DNA of 48,552 bases from a virus (IMGVR_UViG_3300037502_002351:1-48552); one strand, 5' to 3'. Positions 1 through 9,612 are shown, counted from the stretch's first letter. Numbers and translations: made by a program. Notes: generated by a model from the sequence alone, not told the origin.

Positions 1-146
1 GCGGTTATTTTGACCTTCGGCTGTTAGATGGCACAAAAGTGCATGCTTCAGCAAGCTGGAAAAAGCTAAAAAGAGTTGAGTATGCTAGTACATTACTAAT
101 TGAAAGGAGGAAGGGCGATTCCTCCCCGACTTTCGCTCTCGCTTAG
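1..146 (+). CDS. iscB: C-terminal fragment of IscB-like (IS200/IS605 superfamily) RNA-guided nuclease, truncated by window start
   Basis: Frame from nt 3 reads GYFDLRLLDGTKVHASASWKKLKRVEYASTLLIERRKGDSSPTFALA*, which resembles Firmicutes IscB C-termini; overlaps a terminal hairpin. Confidence 0.75.
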   Translation, partial: GYFDLRLLDGTKVHASASWKKLKRVEYASTLLIERRKGDSSPTFALA

Positions 147-178
147 AAGTCGGGGTCTCCTCGCCTAAAACTGATGAA
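113..178 (+). mobile_element. IS200/IS605-type right-end hairpin
   Basis: CCCCGACTT (124-132) pairs with AAGTCGGGG (147-155); outer GGCGA/TCGCC stem; ends ...GATGAA. Confidence 0.65.
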
Positions 179-313
179 TTGATGGGTGTTTTGGAATTGT
201 CGGATACATATGCAAGAGAAGTATATGATGTGTTGATTGATGTAAATTTAATGACAAGGGATTTTGATATGGTAAAGATGTTAGTTGAAGAGAAGAAAAA
301 GCATATGAAATAA
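179..313 (+). CDS. Short ORF or C-terminal remnant with IDEAL-like motif
   Basis: LMGVLELSDTYAREVYDVLIDVNLMTRDFDMVKMLVEEKKKHMK*; no clear RBS, possibly the 3' part of a gene interrupted by the IscB element. Confidence 0.4.
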   Translation: MMGVLELSDTYAREVYDVLIDVNLMTRDFDMVKMLVEEKKKHMK

Positions 314-323
314 GGTGCACATA

Positions 324-512
324 ATGTTAGGACTGATTCGTGAATACGTTTGTTCAAAATATGGTGTGGTTGAGACATATACAAGATACAAACGGGGTAA
401 TTATTACTGGTTGTGTCCAAATTGTGATGATTATGTGAGTATGCAGTATGTAAAGGTTGTTGAATTAGATAAGGAAGATGTCAAAGAGACTATGTATAAT
501 TCTATGGAATAA
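324..512 (+). CDS. Small hypothetical protein with CxxC (possible zinc ribbon)
   Basis: AAGGTG RBS before ATG 324; CPNC motif. Confidence 0.6.
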   Translation: MLGLIREYVCSKYGVVETYTRYKRGNYYWLCPNCDDYVSMQYVKVVELDKEDVKETMYNSME

Positions 513-523
513 GAGGTGATAAT

Positions 524-1312
524 TTGATTGAATTAAATAGAGTGTATTGTATGGATAATTTAGAATTAATGAGGAAAATTGATGATGAAAGTATAGATTT
601 AATTTACTGTGATATTCTTTATAACACAGGAAAAAAGTTCAAAGATTTTAACGATAATCTAGGTTCACCTCAAGAAGCGATAGAGTGGTATAAACCAAGA
701 TTTAGAGAGATGAAAAGAATATTAAAAAATACAGGAAGTATTTATGTTCATTGTGATTGGCATTTAGTACATTATATAAAAGTGTTAATGGATAAAATAT
801 TTGGAATAAGTAATTTTAGAAATGAGATTATTTGGCGTTATAAAAGATGGACAGCTTCTTCAAATAACAAATTTCAATCAATGCATGATAATATTTTGTT
901 TTATACTAAAGGAGATAATAAAATTACGCATCAATATGAACCTTTAGAAAAACCACGAATGTATCAAAATAGGAAAGATAAAAATGGTGATGTTGTAAGA
1001 AATGAAGATGGGACAGTTAAATATTTTCCTCAAACAGCACGGCAAATTGATGATGTTTGGGAAATACCATTTTTAAATCCAAAAGCGAAAGAACGAGTGG
1101 GTTATGATACTCAAAAACCTAAAACATTATTAGAGAGAATAATAAAAGCGAGTAGTAATGAAGGAGATGTTGTAGCAGATTTCTTTTGTGGAAGTGGAAC
1201 TACATTAGTTGTTGCTAAAGAGTTAGGAAGACAATATATAGGTTGTGATATTAATCCAAGAGCTATTGAGATTACTGAAAAGAGGCTTGAAGAAATAAAT
1301 ATAATAAAATAG
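524..1312 (+). CDS. DNA methyltransferase, N4-C/N6-A beta class
   Basis: Motif IV variant DILY, TQKP, motif I DFFCGSGTT. Confidence 0.9.
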   Translation: MIELNRVYCMDNLELMRKIDDESIDLIYCDILYNTGKKFKDFNDNLGSPQEAIEWYKPRFREMKRILKNTGSIYVHCDWHLVHYIKVLMDKIFGISNFRNEIIWRYKRWTASSNNKFQSMHDNILFYTKGDNKITHQYEPLEKPRMYQNRKDKNGDVVRNEDGTVKYFPQTARQIDDVWEIPFLNPKAKERVGYDTQKPKTLLERIIKASSNEGDVVADFFCGSGTTLVVAKELGRQYIGCDINPRAIEITEKRLEEINIIK

Positions 1313-1321
1313 TGGTTTTAT
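1304..1321. repeat. ATAAAA-N6-TTTTAT palindromic site
   Basis: ATAAAA-TAGTGG-TTTTAT, overlapping the MTase stop codon. Confidence 0.65.
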
Positions 1322-1351
1322 GTAGAAATATAATAATATAGGAGTGATGAA

Positions 1352-1909
1352 ATGTCAGCTACAAATCGTGGAACAAAGCGAATCGAATATGATTTTTATC
1401 CGACACCAGTTGAAGTAATACATAACTTTTTAGATCATTATCAATTAAAAGATGGGACAATATTGGAATGTGCAGCAGGAAACGGCAATTTTATTAAAGT
1501 CATTCGTGATAAATGTTATAAAAACACAATTGTAGCAAATGAAATCAGACAAGAAGAGCATCAAAATTTAATTAATAGTGGTGCAGACTTTGTTTATCAT
1601 AATGATTTTCTTACTGAAAAATTGCCTAATCATGATGTTAAAACGATTATAACTAATCCACCTTTTTCAAAAGCAAAAGAGTTTATTTTGCGTTGCAAGG
1701 AATTGTATCCTGATGCTGAAATCATTATGTTATTAAGAACATCATTTCTTGAAAGCAAAGCTAGGTATAAATTTTGGCAACAATATCCTGTAAATAAATT
1801 ATACATACTTTCAAGTAGACCTAAATTCGTTAACAACAAAACTGACGCAACATCTTATGCTTTCTTTGTATGGGACAATACTGATAAACAAGAGATTAAA
1901 GTAATTTAA
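1352..1909 (+). CDS. Small phage DNA amino-methyltransferase (NPPF type)
   Basis: DFYPTP, ECAAGNG (motif I), ITNPPF (motif IV). Confidence 0.85.
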   Translation: MSATNRGTKRIEYDFYPTPVEVIHNFLDHYQLKDGTILECAAGNGNFIKVIRDKCYKNTIVANEIRQEEHQNLINSGADFVYHNDFLTEKLPNHDVKTIITNPPFSKAKEFILRCKELYPDAEIIMLLRTSFLESKARYKFWQQYPVNKLYILSSRPKFVNNKTDATSYAFFVWDNTDKQEIKVI

Positions 1910-1955
1910 AATCTGTTTAAAAATCATATTTTATAGGTTTGTGAGGTGAAAAACA

Positions 1956-2159
1956 ATGACTAATCTAAACCAACTCCATGCATACATAGAAAATATGCGC
2001 GATCAGATTGATAATAAAGTAGACGTAATTTATGAATATTTATATCATTTACAATATAAAATTGAAGAATGCGAAGAAATCGACGATGAAACATGGAGAG
2101 ATTGTGAGCAACTTGTTAATAACATTTATTTTACATTAGCAAAATTAAAAGAACTATAA
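1956..2159 (+). CDS. Hypothetical protein
   Basis: GAGGTG RBS, 67 aa ORF. Confidence 0.7.
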   Translation: MTNLNQLHAYIENMRDQIDNKVDVIYEYLYHLQYKIEECEEIDDETWRDCEQLVNNIYFTLAKLKEL

Positions 2160-2176
2160 AAATATCAAAAAATATA

Positions 2177-2205
2177 TTGACTTAAATATAATATATAAAT
2201 ATAAT
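2177..2205 (+). promoter_or_regulatory. SigA-type promoter
   Basis: TTGACT-17 nt-TATAAT with AT-rich upstream region. Confidence 0.75.
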
Positions 2206-2240
2206 TGAATTACAAGGTTTATAAAGAGAGGCGAAAAATT

Positions 2241-2363
2241 GTGACTAACTTTCTTTTTGGATTAGTCGTTGGTGGGATGATTGGGATAGTAATGATAGGA
2301 ATTATTATAGGTGGTAGCATTAATGAGAAAATTCTAAAAGGTGAAGATTATTATAATGAATAA
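2241..2363 (+). CDS. Small single-pass membrane protein (40 aa)
   Basis: GAGAGG RBS, GTG start; hydrophobic Gly-rich FLFGLVVGGMIGIVMIGIIIGG. Confidence 0.6.
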   Translation: MTNFLFGLVVGGMIGIVMIGIIIGGSINEKILKGEDYYNE

Positions 2364-2424
2364 TTAGACATTTTAAAGAGGAAACAATTGATTCAAATGC
2401 GTTTGAGTATGTGAAATTTAGAGG

Positions 2425-2442
2425 ATAAAATAGTCTTTTTAT
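2425..2442. repeat. ATAAAA-N6-TTTTAT palindromic site
   Basis: ATAAAA-TAGTCT-TTTTAT directly before the RBS of 2456..2629. Confidence 0.65.
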
Positions 2443-2455
2443 CGGAGGTGAAGGA

Positions 2456-2629
2456 ATGAAAATAAGCGAATTAATTGAGCAATTAGACGCAATAAAATCT
2501 ATGTATGGTGATATAAAGATTGCTGTCTCATTAGGTCAGGAATTTGGTATGTTGAGATCAGTTAACGTTGCAGAGTTAAACAAAAGTGGCACAGCAGAGA
2601 AGGTTGTTGATTTGAGTAATTTAGAATGA
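2456..2629 (+). CDS. Hypothetical protein (57 aa)
   Basis: GGAGGTG RBS; MKISELIEQL..., a common small phage ORF start; below ORF-track cutoff. Confidence 0.65.
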   Translation: MKISELIEQLDAIKSMYGDIKIAVSLGQEFGMLRSVNVAELNKSGTAEKVVDLSNLE

Positions 2630-2663
2630 AATTCGATTTTTAAATAGAAAGAGGGGATAAAAT

Positions 2664-2828
2664 ATGTGGGAATGGAAAGAAAAGTGGATAGGTAAACATA
2701 TATGTTTATATTTATCAGGCAAAACATCATTAAATAAGAAAATACCTCATTTTGGATTCCATTTCGAATTAACTACTGCTAGATTTGAATTGTTTGTTGG
2801 TTTCTTTGGAATATTGATCGAATGGTAA
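2664..2828 (+). CDS. Hypothetical protein (54 aa)
   Basis: GAGGGG RBS; MWEWKEKWIG...ILIEW*. Confidence 0.6.
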   Translation: MWEWKEKWIGKHICLYLSGKTSLNKKIPHFGFHFELTTARFELFVGFFGILIEW

Positions 2829-2888
2829 TTTTTTAATAAATGTTTTATTTCATCCAAATTTATAAACTAATAGAATAGAGGTGAATTA

Positions 2889-3662
2889 ATGGAAGATTTA
2901 TTAGGAAGTCTTGAATTAAATCGTATTTATCAGATGGATTGTTTAGAAGGGATGAAATTGATTCCTGATAAAAGTGTTGATTTAGTTGCAACTGATCCGC
3001 CTTATGGAATAGAATATAAATCTAATTGGTGTAATAAGTTTAATGAAATAAAAAATGATAACAGTACAGATTGGGTCTTTCCTTTTTTTAATGAAATAAA
3101 CAGAATTACAAAAGATGATTCACATTTATATTGCTTTACAAGTATACAACATATGGATGAATTTTTATCAGCAATCAAAAAATATTGGAAAATAAAAAAT
3201 ATAATAACTATTCCGCGAACAATGAAAGGTGGCTTAGGAGATTTATATTCTTCGTTTTCTCCTCAAAATGAATTTATAATATTCGCAACCAAAGGTAAAC
3301 GAAAATTCGAAAAAACAAAAATATTGAAGCCAAGCGAAATTTATTTAAAAGATAAAAGAAAAAGTCCAAAAGAATGGATTTATCGTCTTCCCGATCATTG
3401 GGATTTTGTTAAAGCTAGTAAGCATAATCTCAAAAGAATGCATCCCACACAAAAAACAGTAGATGTAATGAAGATAATTATTCAATTATCATCTAAAGAA
3501 GGAGAGGTAGTGCTAGATCCATTTATTGGTTCAGGAACTACAGCAGTTGCAGCAACTTTAACGAATAGAAAATGGATTGGCTTTGAAATTGAGACAGAAT
3601 ATGTTGAAATTGCAAATAAAAGATTAGAACAAATTGAGTTACATAATGATTTAGTGGATTAA
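2889..3662 (+). CDS. DNA methyltransferase, N4-C/N6-A beta class
   Basis: TDPPY, HPTQK, DPFIGSGTT. Confidence 0.92.
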   Translation: MEDLLGSLELNRIYQMDCLEGMKLIPDKSVDLVATDPPYGIEYKSNWCNKFNEIKNDNSTDWVFPFFNEINRITKDDSHLYCFTSIQHMDEFLSAIKKYWKIKNIITIPRTMKGGLGDLYSSFSPQNEFIIFATKGKRKFEKTKILKPSEIYLKDKRKSPKEWIYRLPDHWDFVKASKHNLKRMHPTQKTVDVMKIIIQLSSKEGEVVLDPFIGSGTTAVAATLTNRKWIGFEIETEYVEIANKRLEQIELHNDLVD

Positions 3663-3719
3663 CTGTATTAAGACGTGTTTTGATTCTAATAGAAATTTAA
3701 ATAAATTATAAAAATATAC

Positions 3720-3748
3720 TAGACAAACAAAAGAAAATGTTGTATATT
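3720..3748 (+). promoter_or_regulatory. Putative SigA-type promoter
   Basis: TAGACA-17 nt-TATATT. Confidence 0.5.
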
Positions 3749-3845
3749 AAACTTGTAAGTAATTAAAGGTGGTGAGATCAATGTAATATCTAAAATAATC
3801 CCATTTAAATAAAATATAATAAAAATAAATATAGGAGGATATTTA

Positions 3846-4076
3846 ATGAAACGATTCAAACGATCAACTCAACCATTTAAACAAACTGTATTCTCTAATC
3901 AAGCTGAAAATCGACCAGTGCTAGAAAAAGAGTGGTATGGAGTAGTTGAATTACCTAATGGGAAGAGTCGATTATATACATATACAACAAAACAGCGCAG
4001 TGAAGCAGTGGCATATTTTGAAGAAGAGGCACGTTTAAACAAAGGTGCGCTAACTATAGTTAGTGTATTTAAATAA
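3846..4076 (+). CDS. Hypothetical protein
   Basis: AGGAGG RBS. Confidence 0.75.
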   Translation: MKRFKRSTQPFKQTVFSNQAENRPVLEKEWYGVVELPNGKSRLYTYTTKQRSEAVAYFEEEARLNKGALTIVSVFK

Positions 4077-4095
4077 AATATAATAGAAAGGAAGA

Positions 4096-4353
4096 TTGAA
4101 TGATATGTACTTTGCACATAAGGACTTTCTATTTTCCGTAGTCGGTAAATACGAAGGGGGTTATGTCGCTGAAAAAGAAGATGGATATACATTTAAAATT
4201 CCAAAGAATGCTCTTAAAAAATATTATAGACCAGTGAAAAAATTAAATAAAGAAGAAATGGCAAAAGCGTATCAAGAAATGGGATCAATTAATTTAGAAG
4301 AAGCTAATGCAAGCGTACATACATATGAGGATGGAATGGAGTTTTATAAGTAA
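4096..4353 (+). CDS. Hypothetical protein
   Basis: AAGGAAG RBS, TTG start; C-terminal MAKAYQEMGSINLEEA motif. Confidence 0.65.
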   Translation: MNDMYFAHKDFLFSVVGKYEGGYVAEKEDGYTFKIPKNALKKYYRPVKKLNKEEMAKAYQEMGSINLEEANASVHTYEDGMEFYK

Positions 4354-4379
4354 AATACATAAGAAGGAGAAGTGAGCAT

Positions 4380-7300
4380 ATGAGTATTAAATTTGTTACA
4401 GATGAATTTGTAAAACAAACAGTAGAAAGTAATCCAAAGCCATTAAATGAGTTAGGAGAATTTGTTTATTATCGTACTTATTCACGTTGGTTGGACAACA
4501 AAAAACGAAGAGAATATTGGCATGAAACTTGCCAACGCGCTGTTAATTACAATATGAATCTAGCATATGAACACTTGATTAATATGGGATATAAGCCAAA
4601 TATTAATGAAATGAAAAAAGAAGCCGAGCAAATTTTTAAAAATATGTATGAAACAAAGCAATTCTGCTCAGGAAGAACATTATGGGTCGGTGGAGCAAAT
4701 GAAAAGATTAATCGTGATTTTGTACTCGGTAACTTTAACTGCTCATTCTTAAATATTCAATCATGGGATGATTTAGGTGACTTGTTCTACTTGCTCCTTG
4801 TCGGTAAAATGTAAATTTGTGCCGACACTAAACCTTGTGAACCCTATTGCTCAGGGGTGTGGTGGTAATTCCACTGCTAACGGGGAAAGCTACGGTATAA
4901 ATGCTATGCTGATCCCGTGCCAAGCCTTATCTTAATGATAAGGAAGGTGTAGAGACTATCCCGTAAGGGAGTAGGGTGGAAGATGAGCTACCACTCGAAG
5001 CGCAAGGCATCTCGTATGAGATGAAGAGATAGTCCAGTCCCTATGGAAACATAGGTGTAACTGACAGGTGTAGGATTTAAATGCACAAAAGAAATGGCAG
5101 CCAAACTCCCTAAAATTCGTACAAACGTGACTCTTCTACATTCTGAATACAAACCAGTACCAAAAAAACAAAGACTTGAGCGTACAAAAGTTTCAAGATT
5201 TGATAATGGCTATGTGAAGATTTATGTTGGGGATTCAAAAGAGGGATGGGTTGAAGCATTAAAAGAATTCTTGAACATCTTAACTAAACCTGAATATGAA
5301 AATGTACATACAATTAAAATTAGTTACAATAGTGTAAGACCAAAAGGTGAACGTTTAAAAACTTTCGGTGGAACAGCATCAGGTCACGAACCATTAAAAG
5401 AAATGTTTGAAGGTTTTGATAAGGTTTTAAAAAATCAAATCGATCCACACTTAAAACCTATTGAGGTTGATGAAAAAGGATATGGTCAAGTAAGACCAAT
5501 TCATATTCTTGATATGGGTAACTTAATTGGAGCAAATGTTGTTGTTGGAGGCGTAAATTAAAATATTTTATAACGGAAGGAGCGTCTTTATGACTGCTAC
5601 GGAAAGCTATTTTAGCGAGTACACCGTTCGAGGAAAAACGTACCGATACTATGCTTTTGATAAAATCGAAAATGCAGACGATGCTTACTTTATAGGTTTT
5701 ATGAGTGCAGACGGTTCTTATTTACACAACAAAAAAGGAGACACAAATTATCCGAGAATGGGTTTAACTTCAACATCGAGATATGTTGTATATAAATTCC
5801 ATGAAAGATATTGTCCGGACGCCGTTGTTAGCGAAAGAGGTTTGAGAAGTTCCGAAAAAATTAAAGCGAATAATCCGATAACTGAAATAACATTTCCAAG
5901 AAAGTTGTCGCCTACTTTTAAAAAATTCGGGATTTTAGACTATAAACCGAAACGAAAATTACGAGGAATACCAAAGCATTTAATGAGTGCGTGTGTTTTA
6001 GGAATAACAGATGCAGACGGATGCTTCGTTATACGCCATAGAAAAGATTGTAGAACACCACGACTCAACGTTCACATAGTGTCCGGTGCAATAAATGTTT
6101 TAGAACAAATACAAAGATTCATAGACGAAGAACTAGGGATAAGTTCGTCTTTGTATCAACGAAAAGCCTCGGACTGTTTTGAATTAAGGATAAATAATTC
6201 GAACAACGCAGTCAAGTTCGGGAATTGGATTTATAGCAATTTACCGTCTGTTTACGATTTTAAAAAGAAGCGTATTTTTGATGATTATTACAATCGGTAC
6301 GTTTTACAAAGTTTTGCGCCTATCGGGTGAATTGCTGGAAGCCTAAGTCCGAAAGGATATGGTAATCAGCAGCCAAGCCACGGAACGCCGTAAAAGTACG
6401 TGGAAGGTTCAGAGACTAGGCGGTGAGTAGGCGAAACAATAATCCGCCCTCGAGCGCCCGACGCGATTAAATCGCGAAGATATAGTCCGATACCTAGTGG
6501 AAACGCTAGGAAACGTTTGGAGACGAACAGCAGAAATTTTCTTATTTGATGCAGATGATTATGAATCAATGTTTGCTAAGTACGGATTAAATGGCTTGTG
6601 GGGAGAAGAAGCATTTGAACGCCATCAAGAGATTAAACAAAAAATGATTGATTTAGGAATTGAGATCCCGACATGGTTTGACGAATTAGCCATTAAATAT
6701 TATGATGTTCATTACGAAGAAAATGGAGAACAAAAAATCGAAACATTTACCGATATTGAAAAAGCAAAAACATTTGCAAAAGAAAAAGGCGTAGAAAATT
6801 ATTATCCATTCCCTTATAATTTAGGGCGACCTTATCATCATCGTAGAATGAGTAATAATTCAATTGCGTTTACTAAAAAGCCAACAAGAAAATTTTTAAA
6901 TTTCGTCTTTACAATGTTGAAAGGTGAAGGAGAGCCGGGATTTGTTAATCTCGAAGAAGCTGCAAGACGTGTATTAAAAGCAATTAACATTGAGAATCCA
7001 GATAAAGAATTGTTAGAATATACAATGGCGCTCATTGGGCTGAACCCTTGCGTTGAAATCATTCTTTATACATATAACGTGTGTAACCTTACAACAGTCA
7101 ATGTAAAAGCATTTGTTGAAAAACTAGCTGATGACCAATATTGGTTAAATGTTAAAAAGTTACTTGAGGCGCAACGTCTTTCAGCAAGAATTGGATTACG
7201 AATGACATTAGCAAAACTCGAGCTTCCGCATTGGGATAAAACACAAAAGCGCGATAGATTACTAGGAACATCTTTAACTGGCTGGAAAGATGCAATGGCA

Positions 7301-8026
7301 ATGATTGACTATACTTTTGAAGAAGAACAACAATTAAAAGAATTATTACATAAAGTAGCTCGTGAGGAAGCTGATAAGTATGCTAAAGAATTACGTGTGA
7401 ATGCACCATTGCTTGTAACTGCTGTTAAACCAGAAGGAACATTAAGTCAAGTGGCAGGTGGAGTATCAAGTGGACTGCATTGGTCACATTCACCTTATTA
7501 CATTAGACGAATTCGTATTAATTCATCAGATCCACTTGCTCAAGTTGCTTTAAAGTTAGGGTGGACGGTTAATCCTGAAGTAGGGACTCAAGGTAAAACA
7601 TATGAAGAAAAAATGAAAAATGCTAGAACGTGGGTAATTGATTTTCCTATTGAATCAGGGTCGAAAGAGACTAAAAATGATGTTTCAGCAAAAAGACAGC
7701 TTGAGACATATTTTAGTTTTCAAAAACATTATACGGAACATAATTCATCTAATACAATCACAGTAAGACCTGAAGAATGGGGTGAAGTAGAAGAAATTAT
7801 TTTTAATAATTGGGATAATTTTGTTGGAGTGTCGTTCTTGCAATTAGATGGTGGTTCATATCAATTAGCTCCATATGAAGCAATTACAAAAGAAAAATAT
7901 GAAGAATTACGAAGCAAGATGAAACCGTTTGATGTTAAGTTGTTACATGAAATTGAACAATATGAAACAGAAGCAGATTTAGAAAACATGGATGGATGTG
8001 AAGGTGGCATTTGTCCTGTTCGATAA
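4380..8026 (+). CDS. nrdJ: Class II (adenosylcobalamin-dependent) ribonucleotide reductase; spliced join(4380..4805,5064..5554,6520..8026), 807 aa
   Basis: Splicing restores LLLVG|TGVGFK and NVVVGGV|RRTAE; [22 protein letters not shown] and C-terminal CEGGICPVR motifs present. Confidence 0.92.
4806..5063 (+). ncRNA. Group I intron 1 of nrdJ (258 nt, no ORF)
   Basis: P1: exon TGTCGGT pairs with GCCGACA (4821-4827), U.G at the splice site; core GTAGAGACTA / AAGAGATAGTCC; terminal G at 5063; removal restores frame. Confidence 0.9.
5555..6519 (+). mobile_element. Group I intron 2 of nrdJ (965 nt) carrying a homing endonuclease
   Basis: Exon AGGCGT pairs with GCGCCT (6316-6321); core AATTGCTGGAA, AATCAGCAG, TTCAGAGACTA, AAGATATAGTCC; terminal G at 6519; GT+G gives Val in frame. 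Confidence 0.9.
5590..6330 (+). CDS. Intron-encoded LAGLIDADG homing endonuclease
   Basis: Two motifs, [11 protein letters not shown] and [10 protein letters not shown]. Confidence 0.88.
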   Translation: MTATESYFSEYTVRGKTYRYYAFDKIENADDAYFIGFMSADGSYLHNKKGDTNYPRMGLTSTSRYVVYKFHERYCPDAVVSERGLRSSEKIKANNPITEITFPRKLSPTFKKFGILDYKPKRKLRGIPKHLMSACVLGITDADGCFVIRHRKDCRTPRLNVHIVSGAINVLEQIQRFIDEELGISSSLYQRKASDCFELRINNSNNAVKFGNWIYSNLPSVYDFKKKRIFDDYYNRYVLQSFAPIG

Positions 8027-8057
8027 TTATAAAAATATAATAAGAGGTGAATAAACA

Positions 8058-8306
8058 ATGAAATTAGTAAAAATCTATTCTCAAGGATGCAAACCGTGCA
8101 TGATGCTAACTAATTACTTAATTTCACTTGGAGTAGCATTTGAAGAAGTTGAAATTAATGATGAAATTATTGAAAAATATGATATCACTGGAGTTCCAGT
8201 ACTAATTCTATTAGATGATAATGATAATGTTGTAGATAAAGTAATTGGCTTTAATCCAAGTGATACTGAAAAGATTGAAAAATTATTATCAAAATTTAAT
8301 TCTTAA
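8058..8306 (+). CDS. Thioredoxin/NrdH-like redoxin
   Basis: CKPC, GVP and IGFNP motifs; follows the RNR gene. Confidence 0.85.
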   Translation: MKLVKIYSQGCKPCMMLTNYLISLGVAFEEVEINDEIIEKYDITGVPVLILLDDNDNVVDKVIGFNPSDTEKIEKLLSKFNS

Positions 8307-8312
8307 TAAAAA

Positions 8313-8353
8313 TTAATCGAAGAGAGATTGAAGAATAATCTCTCTTCGATTAA
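8313..8353 (+). terminator. Stem-loop / likely terminator
   Basis: TTAATCGAAGAGAGATT ... AATCTCTCTTCGATTAA inverted repeat. Confidence 0.6.
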
Positions 8354-8389
8354 ATAAAAAAATACAAGAACAAAAGGAGATGTATACAT

Positions 8390-9103
8390 ATGGCAAAACA
8401 ACAAATGTTCAAAGAAAATGATTTTGTGTGGGTAAAATCATTAAAAACAAAAGGGCGAATTAAAACAGTAAATCGCGACATGGGAAAAACATATTTAGTT
8501 GAAATTATTGTTGATTTCAACAAAGAGACAGGTGAGCGTACAACAAAATTAGAGAAAGTGAAAGTCGAAGATTTAACTTTGTATCGTGAACGTAAACAAA
8601 AACTTAAAAATCGTAAAAAAGATGTGTTATATTTTGCAAAAGTTAAAGAAGATGCAATTATTCCATCAAAAGATTATGAAAATGCTGGATATGATATTTA
8701 TGCAAACTTTGAAGAGAATGAAATTTTCATTTTTCCGAATGAAGTAAAACTCATTCCTACAGGTATTGCGAGTGCAATGTCGCCAAAATATGTTTTAATT
8801 GTCAAAGAACGTGGCTCAACAGGTACAAAATGTATGTCTGTTCGTTCAGGTGTAATTGATGCGTCATATCGAGGTGAGATTTTTATCCCAATCAATAATA
8901 CAGGCAATAAAACAATCGTTATAACTAAAACGCCAGAGACGCATTATGGAAATGATGTTATTGTATATCCTTATACAAAAGCTATTGCACAACTATTATT
9001 ATTGCCTATTCCAAATGTCGATGTAAAAGAAATCATTTTTGAACAACTTCAAAAAATTCCATCAAAACGTGGCGCAGGGGCATTAGGTTCTAGTGGTAAG
9101 TAA
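8390..9103 (+). CDS. dut: Trimeric-type dUTPase with N-terminal extension
   Basis: AGYDI, ERGS, GVIDASYRGEI, IAQL, RGAGALGSSG. Confidence 0.9.
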   Translation: MAKQQMFKENDFVWVKSLKTKGRIKTVNRDMGKTYLVEIIVDFNKETGERTTKLEKVKVEDLTLYRERKQKLKNRKKDVLYFAKVKEDAIIPSKDYENAGYDIYANFEENEIFIFPNEVKLIPTGIASAMSPKYVLIVKERGSTGTKCMSVRSGVIDASYRGEIFIPINNTGNKTIVITKTPETHYGNDVIVYPYTKAIAQLLLLPIPNVDVKEIIFEQLQKIPSKRGAGALGSSGK

Positions 9104-9107
9104 TTAA

Positions 9108-9134
9108 ATAGGACAGTCTTTATGACTGTCCTAA
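9108..9134 (+). terminator. Stem-loop after dut
   Basis: TAGGACAGTC ... GACTGTCCTA. Confidence 0.55.
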
Positions 9135-9156
9135 AACTAAAAAATGAGGTGTAAAC

Positions 9157-9351
9157 ATGTACTCAATAAAAATATATACATATGGAAATGTTATTGAGAT
9201 TAATCAAGCAACTGAAGAAATATGTAACCGATTGATTGAATGGTTTAAGGGTATTGGATGGGATGGCGTTCAGTTTAACCATCAAAACAAAATCTACTCT
9301 ATAAATCGACAATATGTATCATCTATTATTATTGAAAAAGGAGATGATTAA
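9157..9351 (+). CDS. Hypothetical protein
   Basis: GAGGTG RBS. Confidence 0.7.
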   Translation: MYSIKIYTYGNVIEINQATEEICNRLIEWFKGIGWDGVQFNHQNKIYSINRQYVSSIIIEKGDD

Positions 9352-9612
9352 ATGAATATCCCTAAATTCCCTGATGACTTTTATAGTTTTCATGACGGTG
9401 TTGACATTTCTAATGAAGAAATCAACGAATGGATTCAAAAATGTATTAGTGACTTAGAAACGAATGGCGGCTACTGTTCTTCAATTAGTTCAGGCAACAC
9501 AACAGTTTCAATTAATAAATTTTATTATGATGAATATAGTGACGAATATTATTATGACATTCGAGTTAGCAAAGGATATTATCAAGCAGATACATATAAT
9601 GAAGAACGATAA
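9352..9612 (+). CDS. Hypothetical protein
   Basis: AAGGAG RBS; acidic. Confidence 0.7.
   Translation: MNIPKFPDDFYSFHDGVDISNEEINEWIQKCISDLETNGGYCSSISSGNTTVSINKFYYDEYSDEYYYDIRVSKGYYQADTYNEER

Noticed and set aside
6366-6569. Minus-strand 67 aa ORF and the GTG 6497 start
   Set aside because: They overlap the intron 2 core; exon 3 begins at 6520.
4380-8026. nrdJ as a fragmented pseudogene or three separate subunits
   Set aside because: Both gaps have group I intron hallmarks and splice exactly in frame.
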